DNA from: a virus
Taxonomy: Duplodnaviria > Caudoviricetes
IMG/VR virus record: IMGVR_UViG_3300033074_000806
Coordinates: 32,001 to 96,000 of that record
Length of the DNA stretch: 64,000 nucleotides
Reading direction: 5' to 3' (one strand)
The first letter of the stretch is position 1, and every line of letters begins with the position of its first letter. The notes below the pieces were generated by a model. It saw only the letters and a list, made by a program, of their open reading frames with translations, was not told the origin of the DNA and ran no database searches. Below, one piece after another: positions 9,762 to 19,438 of the stretch. Made by a program: the position numbers and the translations under genes.

Positions 9762-12700
9762 TTCGTTTAATCAAGAAGCGAATAATCAAAAAGCTGAGAA
9801 CTCAGGTATACTTACCTCTATTCTCGCCGGCCTTGGGGTTATAGGCCTAGGTCAAATAATTTATGGTCGCGCAGGAAAAGGAAACTTAATTGCTGACCTA
9901 CTGCACTTTACAGGGAATACTCTACGCGGCAAGGGCATAGATCTAAAGTATGCTGCTAACGCTGGAAAGAGCAGGCCTACTAGTGGAGCATCCGCAGGAG
10001 CTCGCACTGTATTAGATACTAGCATTGATGTTAGAACAGGCGCCTTAAGGTTAGATGATCTAAGTATAGTTAAAGATCTAGTCTATCAGGCTAGGGTTAT
10101 TGGAGCAAGTTCGGCATCAGACCAAAGGAGCGCTTTAACAGAGCTCACTAAAAATGCTATTGCTGCTAGGTATAAACAATCTAACGTAGTATCATTTTTT
10201 GGACAAAAGCTAGAACGATTAACTGTTGGCGAAGTCCTAGCAGATCAAAAAAGATTTCAACAGTCTATAGGCAAAAATAGCTGGGAGGTTATTAGATCAG
10301 CAGAAGAGCGTGGAATAATCAAAAAAGATTATATCCTCGATACTAGAATATTTGCTACATCAAAAGGAATAAGAGATACTAGACTAAAACCACTTGGTAA
10401 GTCAATATTAAAAAATGTAGACTTTCTAGGGCTAAGTTCAGTTGTCAAAGCAGTTACAATTGGAGCTGATCAAAGATTTGGTATTCTTCCTGGTTCTGCT
10501 GGTGGACCACTTAAATTCTTTATTGATGGCGATATATACTCTTTCTCAAGAAGCAAGGAAGGAGTATTAAAGACTAATAAAGTTCCAGGCAAGTTTATAC
10601 TTCGAGATGCAAATGATCCTCTACACGTAGCCACAAGACTAAGATCTGGAGAGGCATATGTAGAAGATCCTAAGCCAACTAATCTATATAATAAACTACA
10701 GTCAGCGCTCGGTATAGGAACAGCGTATCGAAATAGAGACTCACTGTTTACTAGTATATTTATTAATCCAATAAAACGGCTTAGAGCTCTAGAAACTGGT
10801 GAGGGTATACTATATAGAAAGCCGTATAAGAAAACAACTTCGGCTGCGGCTGAAGCTGCTTTTGGAGACATTGCCCCAGAAGCGTTTGGAGCTGATAATT
10901 ATGTAAAAACTGCAGGACAGCAAACACCAAAGCTATCTGAACTTAAATTTTTAGATAGGCTAAAAGTAACATTTGGTGTTCATGATGAACTAGCAATAAT
11001 AAAAGCTAGGTCCTATAGAGAAAAACTTCGATTTAATAAAGTCTTAACCAACACAGATTTAGTTGTTCCACGGCCAACTGGTAGAGTAAAAAATGTTGAT
11101 ACATTCTTTGCTAGTAAGCTCAGTGGTCAGGTCATAGACGCTGCTAACTCATATACTGGCGCTGGTGAAGTTACAAATAGACTTAAGTCAAAATTCTATA
11201 CTGCAAGAGCTGGACTCGGTAATAAAGTCCTTGATTTTACCAATTATGCTATTACAAGACTTAACAGTCTTGCAAGTGGCTCGTTAGCTGGTATTGGTTT
11301 CAAGGTTAGTGGCAGTATAAAAACTAATCTATTTAGATTAGCAGGAATACCGCTTGCCTATGAGGGCATAAAAGAAACGGCCGGCTACTTAGATTATCTA
11401 TCAGAGTCTACTATAGGAGTATCTCCTTTAAAATTATTAGGAGATGCCTATGCTACAGCTAGAGTAGCTCAACAGAAGTTTAGGGAAATAACTGGAATTC
11501 AGCAATTAATGAAAACTGCTGAAGAGGATTTTCCAGGAGCCGTTAATAGCGAACTAGGATTCTTTGGTAGAACTGCTGCTGCACCATTTTTAACTTTCAT
11601 GAAGGGAGTTAAATCTGGATTAGGTGTCAAAAAATCTGGTATACTAGCTGGCGTAATGGAGTTTTTATTTGGAGGCTCTTCTCCAGAACAAACATCAGAA
11701 GAATTAAGTAAAGAGTATTCTGGTATAACAAAGGTTCCAGTTAGACGCGGAGCCCTTTGGGGAATGGGATATCAGCCATTTTTCGGAGGCGATATACAGT
11801 ATTATGACTATAGTTGGTATTACAAAATGCAATCCGACTATAAAACTAAATCACTGTATGGTTCTCGTGAAGAATATTATACAAAGCATGCTAATGTCCT
11901 AGGTATACCACTTCCAACCCCTTCAAACCTATTTGGTATACGTAATTTATTTAATAACTATGCTTTAGAAGAGGCCAACTACTATAGAAGACCATATCAG
12001 GAAACTGCTGGTATGTTCGATGAATTCCCTATTTTTGGGCCTATGCTTTCTGCAACTGTTGGTCAGTTAATAAAACCAACTAAGAAGATGCATGTATCCG
12101 AGCTATACGGATTACCAGCTCAAACTGCTAGCCTAGTAGATAGAACATTGCCACTAAACTCTGCTAAGCGCCTAGGAATTACAGATATACCAGTAACAGA
12201 AATGATGCTACAGGACAGTAGCGATCCATTAGTTAGATTGCAGCAACAAGCAGCAATCGCAACAGAGCCTCTAGGTATCTATCAATTTATCCTTACTTAC
12301 CTAGGAGTTAATTTAAAGTATAATCAAGCCAACGATCCAGCTTCTGCTTCTATAATGGGAAGCGCCGGCAGAGAGCTGTATGACTCTAATCTTGGAGGCT
12401 TCTTTGGCCAAACTGAGTTTATTCGTCGCTTCTTCCCATCAGAAAAGTATTTAGCATCAAAACAGCGGCAATTATATAATCCACTTAGAAACCTAATGCC
12501 AACCTGGTTGCCTGGCATAGGCAGTGAAGAAAAATCTGATCAAGACTACTTTATGGATTTTCTACATGGAGATCCATATGCTAAGCTAGAATCTGGCGAC
12601 TCTCGATTACCTGGAGTGGGTTATGAGGCATTAAATCCACTCTACTCTAATATGCCTGGCGTGTATTCAGATGTAGATAGATTTTTGATACTATCAGACG

Positions 12701-14031
12701 TTGCCCCATATAGCACTGCTTATCAAAAATATCTAGCTAAAATTGGGAATCCTGAGAGATATGCTCCGTATTGGCGCGATAAATTAAAAGCAGCAATAAC
12801 TCAAAAGGATACTATTGTTAATCAGTTGTATCAGTATGAAAGAATAAAGCCAGGTATAAATGATTTAAATAGTAAGACTAAAGCTGGCGGATTCTATCAA
12901 ATGCTGCAGAAGGGATGGGATTCGTTAACACACGATGTCTTAGCAGAAATTCCATATTTTGGTAGTAAGTTCGCTCCATTTAGAGATGCTTTAGAAAGAT
13001 ATGAAAAAGAACAGATATATGGAGATAGCTTTGCTGATTGGAATAGACCCTGGGAAACTATAGTTCGGCCAGCTATTTATGATACTGCAAGATCAAATCC
13101 AGTATATGGGGCTGCTAAGGGTGCTATAATCGGCGCCCTAATGAGCAATGCTATTCCAGGAGTAGGCGGTTCATTGTTTAACCCTGTTGTAGGTCTTAGA
13201 AATTCAGCAACTGCTATACCATTCTTTGGAGCTGTTGGCGCAGCTTTAAGCTTAGGTAGATCAGCTATTACCGATCAGCATTTCGTTCCGCCACATAAAC
13301 AAAGCGAAATTGAAGCTCAAGACTATATGGATAGAGTTGTTTACGCAAAGGCTAGATCTTTTGAAATAGCGGCAACAGAGATGGGCGATAAAGAGCTTGC
13401 CAGCGGCTATGCCCGTCTAGCTGGAAAAACACTAGTTGGAGCAACTAGCCAACGTGGAACAAAATCAGCTTTAAACTCCTTTGATAGAAAGTATTTTGAT
13501 ACTTTTGTAAATAGTGAAGAAAGCGGAAGATCGGAATTACTAGCAAGATTGCCACAATATTATGGGCACGCGCTCAATAAAGTCTGGTCTAATGACTATG
13601 GCACAGAGCGTCAGCACGATTTAGAGACATTAGAATACTTTAGCAATAACGCACCACCGTCTACAGATTCATTAATATGGCACCCATCTGTTCCAACTTC
13701 TGCTTTGAAGATTAAAATGATTCAGGGCGGAATTAATGGCGTTAGTGATAACCTACATCGATTTGGATTTTACGAAAGTCAGGGCCTAGAGGCGGCTGAT
13801 AGATTCCCAAATGTCAATTTTATGACTACTAGTAAAATTAGCTCGCCCAATTTTAACTCGCTAAAAAACGATATACAGATTAATTTAAGACGACTAAATC
13901 CATTTGCTAATCCTGAGAATGTAAAGATCAAACAAATACACAATAGCCAATATAATCAAGCTTACGAGATAAGTCAAAAAATTGATAGAAAGCAAGAAAC
14001 CTATAGATACATGAGCGATATAATGAGATGA
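9754..14031 (+). CDS. large tape-measure/ejection-type virion protein (1425 aa)
   Basis: GTG start. Follows the chaperones. Largely helical and basic, with Gly-rich hydrophobic segments at 9805-9867 and 13108-13257. Conserved-looking blocks VPVRRGALWGMGYQPFFGG and GDPYAKLESGDSRLPGVGYEALNP...ILSDVAPYS. Confidence 0.55.
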   Translation: MADSFNQEANNQKAENSGILTSILAGLGVIGLGQIIYGRAGKGNLIADLLHFTGNTLRGKGIDLKYAANAGKSRPTSGASAGARTVLDTSIDVRTGALRLDDLSIVKDLVYQARVIGASSASDQRSALTELTKNAIAARYKQSNVVSFFGQKLERLTVGEVLADQKRFQQSIGKNSWEVIRSAEERGIIKKDYILDTRIFATSKGIRDTRLKPLGKSILKNVDFLGLSSVVKAVTIGADQRFGILPGSAGGPLKFFIDGDIYSFSRSKEGVLKTNKVPGKFILRDANDPLHVATRLRSGEAYVEDPKPTNLYNKLQSALGIGTAYRNRDSLFTSIFINPIKRLRALETGEGILYRKPYKKTTSAAAEAAFGDIAPEAFGADNYVKTAGQQTPKLSELKFLDRLKVTFGVHDELAIIKARSYREKLRFNKVLTNTDLVVPRPTGRVKNVDTFFASKLSGQVIDAANSYTGAGEVTNRLKSKFYTARAGLGNKVLDFTNYAITRLNSLASGSLAGIGFKVSGSIKTNLFRLAGIPLAYEGIKETAGYLDYLSESTIGVSPLKLLGDAYATARVAQQKFREITGIQQLMKTAEEDFPGAVNSELGFFGRTAAAPFLTFMKGVKSGLGVKKSGILAGVMEFLFGGSSPEQTSEELSKEYSGITKVPVRRGALWGMGYQPFFGGDIQYYDYSWYYKMQSDYKTKSLYGSREEYYTKHANVLGIPLPTPSNLFGIRNLFNNYALEEANYYRRPYQETAGMFDEFPIFGPMLSATVGQLIKPTKKMHVSELYGLPAQTASLVDRTLPLNSAKRLGITDIPVTEMMLQDSSDPLVRLQQQAAIATEPLGIYQFILTYLGVNLKYNQANDPASASIMGSAGRELYDSNLGGFFGQTEFIRRFFPSEKYLASKQRQLYNPLRNLMPTWLPGIGSEEKSDQDYFMDFLHGDPYAKLESGDSRLPGVGYEALNPLYSNMPGVYSDVDRFLILSDVAPYSTAYQKYLAKIGNPERYAPYWRDKLKAAITQKDTIVNQLYQYERIKPGINDLNSKTKAGGFYQMLQKGWDSLTHDVLAEIPYFGSKFAPFRDALERYEKEQIYGDSFADWNRPWETIVRPAIYDTARSNPVYGAAKGAIIGALMSNAIPGVGGSLFNPVVGLRNSATAIPFFGAVGAALSLGRSAITDQHFVPPHKQSEIEAQDYMDRVVYAKARSFEIAATEMGDKELASGYARLAGKTLVGATSQRGTKSALNSFDRKYFDTFVNSEESGRSELLARLPQYYGHALNKVWSNDYGTERQHDLETLEYFSNNAPPSTDSLIWHPSVPTSALKIKMIQGGINGVSDNLHRFGFYESQGLEAADRFPNVNFMTTSKISSPNFNSLKNDIQINLRRLNPFANPENVKIKQIHNSQYNQAYEISQKIDRKQETYRYMSDIMR

Positions 14032-17000
14032 AAGAAATAATTGATAGGTCTCGTCAAACGTTTAATAAACTGTTCGATACTATAGGTAAATTCGGCAGTA
14101 AGTATGATGTTTATAACTTTACTGCATTCGATACTGAAACAAACGCGCTATTAAAGGGCGATGCTAAACTAGGTGCCCAAACAGATATCTTTAAGCAGGG
14201 CGCATCTGGCATAAGAACTATATTTGCTAGAAAGGCAGTTTTTGATAGATTTGGTAATGTAAAGGATGAATCAGCAGTCCATTTATTGATGGGTGGTGGT
14301 AAGATATCTACCCAAGGTGAAAAGTTCTTCAAAGATGTTGGGCTAACAATAGATAGGATTCTTCCTAACTTTGAAACCATCCCCAGTGAATATAGAGAAA
14401 GATTAAGAGGTAAGGCCTTAACTAATAGATCTCTTAACTATTTAGAGGCTGTTCAAAAGAAAACAGGTAAGAAATTATTGACAACTGAGGGCGAGCTAGC
14501 AGATGTTCTAAATAATATGCTAGGACATTCAACTAATACTATGAATGTCGCTATTGGACATAACGCTAGTAGATTCGATTTGATGATGGCCAGAGGTGTT
14601 AAAGGATTTAAGGGTGTAGGCAGCTCTACACATATCCTAGATACTTATGAGCTAACCACTAGAATGTTCCCTGAGCTAGCAGTAGAAAAGACTGGCGCCC
14701 TAGAACTAGATAATCTTATATCTTTAATGATGTATGAGTCTGGTAATAAGACTAAAGCTAAAATAAAAGATCCACTAAGACAGGCGACAGCCACTGAAGT
14801 TGATGCTCTAAAATTCTATGGAATTGATAATGTTCCACAAGAATTTAAAGCAGTATCAAAAATGTTTGGCGGTTCAACTGGAGTTCTTGCTGCCGGCGCA
14901 CATAGTGCCGATGTTGACTCGTTACGGTCTATGGCGATACTACATGCTGCTATGCTAAGAGCAGAAACATCTAAATCAGCATCAGAAATCTTTCATGGTT
15001 ATCTAACTGAGATCGGTGTCAAAGAACATCTATCTGCTATAGATATAATGAGTCGTATTAAGAAATTTGATCCTCAGCAAGTTTCTAGATACATGAATGT
15101 TGGAGGATATAAAGGTAAGATAAAAGACCTATTTGATATACTACAATCAGGACAAACTAGTATAGATGATTTAACTATTTATTCCAGATCTGGAATGAAT
15201 GAGTTATTTTCTGAATTAGGTAATCGATTTGGAAAAGGATTTGTATCCTCGTTTGCCCCAACAGCTAGAGCACTAGCAGAAGGGATGGACGCTGGAGTTT
15301 TCATGCTACGTGGAAACTCTCTTAAGTTTGGTAGGTTGGGAGACGCAGCATCTTTTATTTCCCTACCAACGCAGAACTTTAATAAGTTAGGCAATGGATT
15401 AATAAATATGGGCGATAAGCTTCGCTCAGTGACTAATCTATTAAGCCTAGGAAACAATAAAACAACAGTAGTCCCTTTTAGCCGATTCTTCTATTCTAAT
15501 ATGAATAGAATAATTGGAAGTGGTTTAAATCCTACTGATAGCAATGCTGCATATGCACTGCCAAATATAGTTAGACAAACGCTAGGAACTAAAGTATTTG
15601 GAACTAAATCACTGGGCTCCTTATTAGGATCTCATCCAACAGAGATGGGATTACCGAACTTCTCTGCTATTACAGCAAAAGCTGGAGTCTTACAGGTTAT
15701 AGAAAGTAATGCGCCCATTGTCCAGCATTATAAAAACCTCCAACAAGGAATACAATTAAGAAACCTAAGCATTGGGAATAGCCTTTCTAACTTTAAGAAA
15801 GCTAGAAAAATAATCGAAAGCAGCATCTCTGGTATCAGTTCTGAGCTTAATAGGCTAGGCATCGGCGCACAAGCAGCTTTTTCCAAAGCTGAGTCCCTAT
15901 TAGATGATGGATTAAAGTTAACTGTCGGCAGCTTATTAAGTGATATGACTATTCCAGAGGTCAGAGGCTTTGAAAAAGGTCGGCTAAGAAGACTTGGAAC
16001 AATATCCAATAGCCATACTGCGCGGTTAAGAAAACTTGGCAGACCTGTAGGTCCGTCTGTAATTTCTGAAAAGTGGGAATCAGCTGGCATAAGAAGCTCA
16101 TTCCAAGGCGGCGTATTTGTTGCTGAGTTTGATACGATGTCAAATTTAAGATCTTCATTTGAAGATTCAGCTGTATATGCTAGCAGAACTGGTTTGAATC
16201 TATTAAAGCAAAAAAGATATGCAGGTAGCGTAACTTTAAGAGACTGGTCAGCTAGAGACGTAAGTTTATTAAATCAATATTTAGATCCAACAGGAGCATT
16301 TAATTTAGAGCCTGGTATCGATTTTAGACCAACAGATGAGTCTGGTTATTTTAAAGTTCGTAATAGAAGAATGTTCTCTGATAAACGCAGAGAAATCGCT
16401 GCTGAATTATTTAGTGGAAAATCTAAAATTCAAAGACGTGTATTAGAGCAAATTATACGAGGCAGAGCAGCTTTGTCCCAAGCTGTGTTCACAGAAGATG
16501 CAATACAACTAAAATTTGCCACTAGAGCGTTTACAGGCAGTAGATCAGATAGCATCTTACTGGGCCCGTTGGGATCTCTTAGAGCCACAGTAAATGGATT
16601 TGTTGGCGGACGCATTTCTAAACTGATGCGCTCAATTGGAGCTGACTTCATCATGTCAGCAGAAAACTTAAAAGGTGCAGCCCCAGCTGATTTAATTACA
16701 CAGCATAGAATTTCATTGGTTCAGAGAGAAGGTGCCTTAGATGAGCTAGTTGGTTTCTTTAATTCTCAACGAGATGGATTTAGACTCGCACCGTCTAGTG
16801 TTCCTGGTGTTCGCACTCTAGTAATGCCATCTGGCGTAACAAAAGATGAGGTTCTAAAGTTTACTGAGCTATTCAAAACTCATTTAGTTAAAACTGCCGC
16901 TGAGCATTTGGATAAAGATAGAACACGTAGAACCTTAAAAATAATACGTGGGTATGATGGTATAAGAGCATCAGGCAATGTCATAAGAAAGATAGCTAGC

Positions 17001-19436
17001 ATAGGCATGAAGGGCATAACTTCTGCTTCTAGACTATTCTTGACAGATATACATCTTAGATCCGATGCATCTGATGTTAACAGATTAAATAACGTTAGAT
17101 GGAATGCCAGCCATATAAATCAGTATAAGCAATCCTTAGCAGCTACAGGAATCTCTGGTAACTCTGTATCTAGATTCTTAGAACAAGCTATGGCTAGAGC
17201 GACTGGATTTAGCTTATCAAAGGGCGTATTAAATCCTGGCCGACTAGGCTTTATTGGTCAAGCAATGACTGGCCAATTACCTTCTGATGCCTATATCCTA
17301 CGATTAGGAGCCAATAAGCAATTCTTTGATCAGCATGGAACCGCATATTCATTCCTGCCCAAGGTTGGTTCTGGACACGTATTAACTCCAGAAAGCTTAA
17401 AAGGAACAATCTACGATACTAACTATTCAGATCGTCAATTTTTTATCGATTTTGGACAAGCTGAACGATTCTCAGTTAGAGGAAGAAAAGAAACACAGGT
17501 ATCTACTAGATACTTACCAGTCCCAAATTTAAGAAAAATACTAGGGGTTAAGGTCGGACCAGGAGGTGCTCATGTATCTTCTTCGTCACTGGCTGGTAAA
17601 GTTTTTAGAGCTATAAGAGCTTATTCTAGTGAAGGTAATTTAGATGTAGTTCACACTCTTAAAACTGGTGGCAGATATTCTGTTAGAGACACTATATCGG
17701 CTGCTATGGATAAACTTATATCCAGCATACCAGGTAAGAAAGGACTAGCAAAGTCACTTACAACGTTCTCCATAAAAGAATCTGTAAACGCTAGATTGCT
17801 AGGTAAAGCACCCACTGGAAATTTAACCGACGCGTTTATTGCTGAACTAGATTCGCGGCAATTTGCTGAATGGGCTCATGTAAAATTTGGTAAGGAGAAA
17901 GCTCAGAAGTTTTTAGCAATGGCGGAAAATGATGCCCTTTATGGATTCGTAAGGGCAGATCCTATGCAAAAAGGTGGCCATGCAGCTATCATAAAATATA
18001 AGCTGATAAATCGTGGCAGGAATCCTAATGCAAAAATGGATGTGGCATTAGATCCTTATCTAGTTTCTAGACTAAATAGAGACGTTGATAAGGATGCTGT
18101 CAGATTATTGCTATTCGATCAAATAAGTGCCAAGGATTTGGAGCTTGATTTTAATCAACAAGTTGCTGCCCATGCTGTAGACTTTAATACCTATCTAAAG
18201 AATCTATCTAATACAAAAGCACCATCCATTAATGGCATACTAACCAACTTTATAGAGTCGGCAACTAAGGGTTTTCAACAAAGCTCAGACACACTAACAG
18301 CCCACCTCGGCATGAAGATGAATGCCAGCCTTGGATATACTCTATCTAAGGCTCCAGAAAGTATACTGAATAGGGCTTTAGAAGCTAAGTCTCCTGAAGA
18401 CTTAATTAATATACTAACTAGTAGAGGCGTAGATAGAAATTCAATTAATGATGAGATCATTAAAGCACTTACTGAACAAAGCAAAGATAAGACCGCAGCT
18501 GCTATAGAACTATTCCAGTCCTTTAAGCAGGCTGGAGTTAAGAAGGGTGCAGTTAAGACTGCAATGTATGATTTAATTGAAGAGGTTACTGGACTAATGG
18601 AACGAATTCGTTCTGGTAGCAGTAACTTAAGTGAAGCTATTGATGTTAGCTCTAAGGTATTTACTAACTTTTTTCAGCAGATAGCTGGCGAAGATTTAAT
18701 AAGACCTAGCTCCGCTGCGAAATTTTTGACTGATAATATTCCTGAAAGTGCCGGTAAGCTAGTTGGAGAAACTTATGGTAGAGCTTTTTTTGCTGTCTCC
18801 TCCTTAAGAGGAAAGGTATCTGATGCTTTATCTATGACTAGGGCAAATGCGCCAGATACTAAAGAAATTTTAGGAGCAACATTAGAAGCAGATCAGACTT
18901 CTCTATTAGATGATGTAATGGGTGAGTCAACAGTTGGAGATGAAGTTCTAGAATCATCTACGCAAAAGCTGAGAGCAAGTTTATCATCTAGAGCCGGTGA
19001 GTTTATTGGAACACAACTTGGTAATGCCAGAAACTTCTTGCGTTCTGATGGTGGCAGGTTAGCTCTTTGGGGCGCTGGATTATTAGGAGCGTATAGCTTA
19101 TTCTCTGCTATGACTTCTAATCCTGACGAACTTGCGCCACCTCCGTTACAGCTAAATCAGACTTCTGCGCCATTGCCTCCACCTCCAATGTTGCAGCAAC
19201 CGATGGACTATGGAATACAAAATGTTCCCCAGCTTGATCAAAAAATTGCTAGGATAAGTCCAACACATCCTGCACATATGCCGAGACAATCAAAAATTAG
19301 ACACTATACGCGCCACAGCCCTGGATACCCTTCCGCAAATATCAATGGCCGTATAGAAGATGATACTAGTAGTATGAATAGTGCTATTATCTCTCAGAGG
19401 ATGAAGCACATTGCAAATAGCGATTTCGTGTATTAA
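14028..19436 (+). CDS. putative virion single-chain two-barrel RNA polymerase fused to an N-terminal DEDDh 3'-5' exonuclease (1802 aa)
   Basis: Exonuclease motifs: FDTET (D35,E37), GHNASRFD (D184), HSADVD (H292,D297). Beta-like: FVAEF...FEDSAVYAS (E712,D713) and ADFIMS. Beta'-like: YLPVP (1162), GKKG (1236), RADP (R1309), LDPYLVSRLNRDVDKD (D1352/1354/1356), bridge-helix-like KMNASLGY (1430). All occur in canonical order. C-terminal hydrophobic helix and poly-Pro. Confidence 0.75.
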   Translation: MKEIIDRSRQTFNKLFDTIGKFGSKYDVYNFTAFDTETNALLKGDAKLGAQTDIFKQGASGIRTIFARKAVFDRFGNVKDESAVHLLMGGGKISTQGEKFFKDVGLTIDRILPNFETIPSEYRERLRGKALTNRSLNYLEAVQKKTGKKLLTTEGELADVLNNMLGHSTNTMNVAIGHNASRFDLMMARGVKGFKGVGSSTHILDTYELTTRMFPELAVEKTGALELDNLISLMMYESGNKTKAKIKDPLRQATATEVDALKFYGIDNVPQEFKAVSKMFGGSTGVLAAGAHSADVDSLRSMAILHAAMLRAETSKSASEIFHGYLTEIGVKEHLSAIDIMSRIKKFDPQQVSRYMNVGGYKGKIKDLFDILQSGQTSIDDLTIYSRSGMNELFSELGNRFGKGFVSSFAPTARALAEGMDAGVFMLRGNSLKFGRLGDAASFISLPTQNFNKLGNGLINMGDKLRSVTNLLSLGNNKTTVVPFSRFFYSNMNRIIGSGLNPTDSNAAYALPNIVRQTLGTKVFGTKSLGSLLGSHPTEMGLPNFSAITAKAGVLQVIESNAPIVQHYKNLQQGIQLRNLSIGNSLSNFKKARKIIESSISGISSELNRLGIGAQAAFSKAESLLDDGLKLTVGSLLSDMTIPEVRGFEKGRLRRLGTISNSHTARLRKLGRPVGPSVISEKWESAGIRSSFQGGVFVAEFDTMSNLRSSFEDSAVYASRTGLNLLKQKRYAGSVTLRDWSARDVSLLNQYLDPTGAFNLEPGIDFRPTDESGYFKVRNRRMFSDKRREIAAELFSGKSKIQRRVLEQIIRGRAALSQAVFTEDAIQLKFATRAFTGSRSDSILLGPLGSLRATVNGFVGGRISKLMRSIGADFIMSAENLKGAAPADLITQHRISLVQREGALDELVGFFNSQRDGFRLAPSSVPGVRTLVMPSGVTKDEVLKFTELFKTHLVKTAAEHLDKDRTRRTLKIIRGYDGIRASGNVIRKIASIGMKGITSASRLFLTDIHLRSDASDVNRLNNVRWNASHINQYKQSLAATGISGNSVSRFLEQAMARATGFSLSKGVLNPGRLGFIGQAMTGQLPSDAYILRLGANKQFFDQHGTAYSFLPKVGSGHVLTPESLKGTIYDTNYSDRQFFIDFGQAERFSVRGRKETQVSTRYLPVPNLRKILGVKVGPGGAHVSSSSLAGKVFRAIRAYSSEGNLDVVHTLKTGGRYSVRDTISAAMDKLISSIPGKKGLAKSLTTFSIKESVNARLLGKAPTGNLTDAFIAELDSRQFAEWAHVKFGKEKAQKFLAMAENDALYGFVRADPMQKGGHAAIIKYKLINRGRNPNAKMDVALDPYLVSRLNRDVDKDAVRLLLFDQISAKDLELDFNQQVAAHAVDFNTYLKNLSNTKAPSINGILTNFIESATKGFQQSSDTLTAHLGMKMNASLGYTLSKAPESILNRALEAKSPEDLINILTSRGVDRNSINDEIIKALTEQSKDKTAAAIELFQSFKQAGVKKGAVKTAMYDLIEEVTGLMERIRSGSSNLSEAIDVSSKVFTNFFQQIAGEDLIRPSSAAKFLTDNIPESAGKLVGETYGRAFFAVSSLRGKVSDALSMTRANAPDTKEILGATLEADQTSLLDDVMGESTVGDEVLESSTQKLRASLSSRAGEFIGTQLGNARNFLRSDGGRLALWGAGLLGAYSLFSAMTSNPDELAPPPLQLNQTSAPLPPPPMLQQPMDYGIQNVPQLDQKIARISPTHPAHMPRQSKIRHYTRHSPGYPSANINGRIEDDTSSMNSAIISQRMKHIANSDFVY

Positions 19437-19438
19437 AT

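Noticed and set aside
14028-14960. Calling the 1802-aa gene dnaQ / DNA polymerase III epsilon or PolC
   Set aside because: Only the first ~300 aa are DEDDh-like. The remainder has two-barrel RNAP motifs, not PHP or Pol C/A/B palm motifs, and the gene lies in the tail operon.
15405-15430. MGDKLRS as the RNAP beta GDK motif
   Set aside because: It lies upstream of the FEDS motif, which is the wrong order, and lacks the following G-x-K-G. It is probably coincidental.
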